From: the human T2T-CHM13v2.0 reference genome, Homo sapiens
Direction: 5' to 3' (one strand)
NCBI RefSeq assembly: GCF_009914755.1
Contig: NC_060934.1
DNA: 64,000 nt
Shown piece after piece: positions 59,278-64,000 of this stretch. Position 1 is the first letter of the stretch, and every line of letters begins with the position of its first letter. The translations under genes were made by a program, and so were the position numbers. The notes beneath the pieces are model-generated. The model searched no databases, was not told the origin of the DNA, and worked only from the letters and a program-made list of their open reading frames with translations.

Positions 59278-60167
59278 TAACTCCAGATGGTAACACAGGT
59301 CTCCTGCCCTGGATTGCCTTTGATCTTAGCAGGGTGCAAAAATGTGGTGAAGAATAAGACATTTAGGGCACAGGAGAGATAATTCACATGGAGGTGCAAA
59401 GTGATTTTGAGGATCGAGAGTCCATGAGGTATTTTCACATGTTATAATATGGCGGTATACCTGCTAATGGAATTGCCACTTTGGAATACGAACTTCTCCA
59501 AAATAGAGGAAACATTAAGTGATAGGGAGGGAAATCCCTCAGGAAATTATACAAGCTGTTACAGTCATAAATGTGAATGCGGAAGGAAATGAAAATATTA
59601 CTCATTATAGCATCTCTTCTTGGGGCTGAGGAAGGAGGAAGCATCAGTTTCCTTTGTCAGTGATTTTTTTCCAGTTACGCTCCTTGGAAATTCAATACTA
59701 AGTTCAATTCACAACCCCACATCTCATATCACGATGCGTTCACCCCTATTTCTTTGTTCTACACTCTCCCACTCAGTCTTCACATCTTACAAGAGACTAT
59801 AAACTCTAAAAACTTGCAGTTGTTGCGAGCACTGACTCAAAGATTCCTGGAAATGTTGACATGAGAAGAAATCTAAGATGCTCGTTTTACTTTCACAAAT
59901 AAACATTTAAGGAGAGTCTGAGCTGAAATGGAAACCAAGCCAAACCAAACCCGTGTCCACAGATTGAGAGCTGTGGCTTCAACTCAACTCTTCCTTCATC
60001 TTGCAGATTCAAAGCACTGGCTCAGCATTTGGTTGTTAATAAGACACCCGCACCAGGAAGCAAAGTAGCTAAGCATGTTAATACAAATGCAAGTCACAAG
60101 ATAAACGTTTGAAAAAGATCATCCTCAAGTATCAGATGGAAACAAAAATTCCTGTGGTGGGGCGTAA

Positions 60168-60557
60168 AGGAGGGAGGGAAGAAAGAGAGAGTGAGAGAGA
60201 GATACAGGGAGGAGAGAGAGAAAGAGACAAAAAGGGAGAGGGAGAGAGAGGAACAAAGAAAGGGAAAGATAAGAAGAGAAGGAGGGAGAAAGAGAGAGAA
60301 GGAGAGATGGAGAGAGAAAGAAGGAGAGACAGAGGGAGAGAGAGAGAAGGAGAGACAGAGGGAGAGAGAGAGAAGGAGAGACAGGGAGAGAGAGAGAAGG
60401 AGAGACAGAGGGAGAGAGAGGGGGAAAGAGGAAGAGAGGGAGAGAGAGCAAGAGGAAGAGGGAAAGAAAGAGGGACAGAAAGACAGGGAGAGAGAGAGAG
60501 GAAAAGAGAGAGAGAGGAAAAGAGAGGGAGAGAGGAAGAGGAGGGGAGAGAGAGAGA
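60168..60557. repeat. GA-rich polypurine tract with about 4 copies of a 24-26 bp unit (gaaggagagacagagggagagagaga)
   Basis: Direct reading; explains the E/R/G- and S/L-rich ORFs. Confidence 0.93.
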
Positions 60558-61872
60558 CTGGTTTCTGTCATGGATTTGTTTGTAAAACAGTAAATATTTA
60601 AAGAAGACTTGTTTCCATCATCTCTTTGAAACCCAGAGTTCTATTATTCCTGTGTCTGTTTGCTCTGCTTTGGAAACCATCAGTGTTTTAAAAGGAAACA
60701 CATCATGGGTGGTGTATTACAAAAATACAACAAAAGAGGATGCTGCGTTAGGTATCTGCCCTGTTCCACCCTGCATTTTATTGTCGAATAATGGAACAAC
60801 AACAGACATTGCAGCTTTGGGTGGGAGCACAGGGAATTTTTTTTTTTCCGGATCACATCAGACACTTTTCTTTCTTTCTCCTAGATAGCCACAAAAAGCT
60901 TCAGAAGTTACTAATCATATTGCTTTTGCTTTTGCTTTTTGGTACCAGGCTCTGTTAGCCCTCGTTTGTGTTTTCCTCCAAATGAGAGGCAGGACCTGGA
61001 CCATGGTCGGCTTGCTTTGAGCTGCTCCTTGCTGATTCTCACAAAGCAGACATTCCAATGATCTGAGCAAAGAGGATGCTGGAAGCAGAGGTCAGGAATC
61101 TCCAGGGGCCAGCTGGTGCTGCTGAACGGACTTTCCTCTTCCTGCTCTCACACTGAGCTACAAGCAGCCTTTCTAGGAGATCAATAAGAGCTTGCAGAGC
61201 TACATGAATCGAAGACTTAGAAGAAAGGCTCTAATTAAGCAATTTAACTGTCAGTCAGAGGTCACTTTAATACTCAGCCTTCGTGAAAGGAAACGTAATG
61301 AAGCCACTTGTGTGCTGACCAGACAAGGCCATGCCCAGCCGATGAGTCCCACAGCTTCCTTAGCAAGAAATGCTCCTGATGTGTCATTGAGGAGAGCCCA
61401 AGGTTAATTACACCAGACACTTGAAGGTGACTGAGCAGAAAGTGCAAATATATTACCAAATGTGTTGAAACCTGCCTGCAAGTCCAGCTTCCTGATTAGC
61501 TCCCCTCGATGCCATCACAATTTCAATAGAAGTCAAAAAATCCAGTTTTTCCCTTTTCTCATTATAGCAGCATGCAATTCTAGAAAACGCACTTCTGTGA
61601 TGTTATCTAAGTGCTCATGTGGCTCACAACACGAAGATTGTATATCAATAACAATGCCAGGGAGTGAACTCAGTACAGCACATTCCCGATGGTGTCCTCT
61701 GAGATTTTCCACCAAAGCACTGAGCATTGCAGGAGCAGAGATGACAAAAATTCATTTATTCAGCTATGCATCTATTAACAATTCATGCATCAAAAACATT
61801 GGTGCTTTGGCGATATAAAGACTACTGCTGTGGGTTCTGTGAAAGAGGATGGAGGCTGTGTATTACTGCTCC

Positions 61873-62164
<292 letters not shown>

Positions 62165-62794
62165 CTACTGTTCCATTTTTAAATGTTCATTTGTTTCTTC
62201 TACTTGGCGAATTTTGCCTTTGTTTCCATGACACCAAGAGTAATGGCTGTTACATGTGGGCTTAGCTTGCCTCAATTTGGAACCTATAGGGACTAGGCCT
62301 ACTCTAAGAAGAGCTTTCTATTGTATTCCCAGAAGAGTATGGGGATAGTCTTGTAACCCAGAGATCATGTGAAGCCTGGTGGCTGCCTGAGGTTGACTTC
62401 AACTTTGAGGATGAAACCACCACTGACGTCACTGGGCCCTCAGTGGCCATTTCATCTGCCATCTTGTCCTCCTTTTCTTACCCACAAATGCAACTCCTAA
62501 CTGAATCCTCTTCCTTAGTTTTCTTCTTTCTGCTTCTGTTCCCCAGGCACCTGATTTTCTAAATAAGCAAACTAAGAACCCCAAGCCATGAAGAGGGTGA
62601 GGGGTGGTACATGTCCAGAAACAAGCGCCTGGCAGTGTCTGGTACATATTTGGCACCGAAGGGGAAAGTAATGAAGGAAACCCTGACCTCCTGACTTCAA
62701 AGCAAGGACACTTTCCATTTCATATTTGAATTCTTAACACTTTTCCTTCTATTGACAAATGAAGGCTGGGCTTATCAGATATAGAAGTGAAAGT

Positions 62795-63106
<312 letters not shown>

Positions 63107-64000
63107 TCAAAGTGGCTCCAGCCTGACCCTAAGTTTATTTTCTCCCTCTATTTTTCTAGTCTGCCATTCCGTTTCCTGTACATAACTGCAATTTTTATAT
63201 TTTACCAAAATACTTATTCACTTCGTAGGAAGCATAAGGCTTTCGTTTTAGTGCTGATCCTGCTGTTAATTTCTACTTAGCCTTGACCCTGACATTTCTG
63301 GATCTCAGTATCTTTTTTATTTTTTAATTAATTTTTATTTTTTGCACTGCCCCACCTCCACCTCAATGTCTTTTTTAAAAAAATTAGGTGACAACAGCAA
63401 ACGAACTCTAAGCTTTCTTCTTCCAACCTTAACATTCTATGTATCTATAGGTTTATGACAGTTAATCATATGTGAAATCATATTTAACATACAGCTAAAT
63501 TACTATTTCTTCTTCTAACAACCCAAATTGTTATAGAAGTTTTGAAAAAACAGGATGGCTGGTCCCATTCCAGCATAATTTTCACTGGTATTTAAAGAGT
63601 ACACTTGAACTCTATTAAAAATCTCCTGAACCCCAACATTATCTGACAGCATCACTGGCAACTGAATATTTTTCTCTTTGCTAATAACTCTGTCTAAGCA
63701 ATAGGACCAGGACATTAACTTGAATGTCTCCAAAATGAAGGATTGGCTTTATATGAACTGAGACTGCAGAGATATTATGTAAGATGTTGGACTTTGGGGT
63801 ACGTTTCCCGTCCAGTGTCCATCTGGCTGTAAAGATAGAGGGCTGGTGCTTCAACTCCGGCCTTCATGAATCCCTGGACAACTAACTAACAAGCTTCCAG
63901 CCTTGCCAGGGCATTGCCTGGTCTGGTTCCAAACCTCTGCAGACCTCCTGTCCCCTTAAGTGGGCACATTTGGCAAATATATAGCAGATCTCTACCCCAA

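Noticed and set aside
60109-60601. Long ORFs of 136-158 aa (E/R/G-rich or S/L-rich)
   Set aside because: Translations of a GA simple repeat that lacks stop codons by composition; the same applies to 2497-2920 and 35185-35504.

Overview
Human genomic DNA containing an internal part of CUBN (cubilin, the intrinsic factor-cobalamin/albumin receptor) on the minus strand. I traced 18 consecutive coding exons between 47067 and 18. They splice into one stop-free 3010-nt reading frame encoding the second half of one CUB domain plus eight complete CUB domains. From memory of the reference transcript these are exons 32-49, about aa 1566-2569, CUB10(C-half) to CUB18; the numbering is recalled, while the boundaries are read from the sequence. 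Positions 47068-64000 are the 3' part of one large intron with no further CUB exon. Introns carry about 27 Alu elements (one a near-perfect human-specific AluYb8), L1/L2/MIR remnants, MaLR LTRs, MER44/MER5 DNA transposons and purine/pyrimidine tracts. Nearly all ORF-track entries are repeat or low-complexity noise. I found no new gene or biological system. The most unexplained structure is in intron 36: a largely non-TE 150-bp inverted repeat (92% identity, 64-bp perfect core, 525-bp spacer) whose right arm is fused to a 40-bp direct copy of sequence 1 kb upstream, consistent with a multi-template-switch insertion. Other notable points are a GC-AG intron after exon 32, two 5'-inverted L1s (one ending at +8 of a splice donor), a G-quadruplex grown inside an Alu TSD, and inverted Alus bracketing exon 36.
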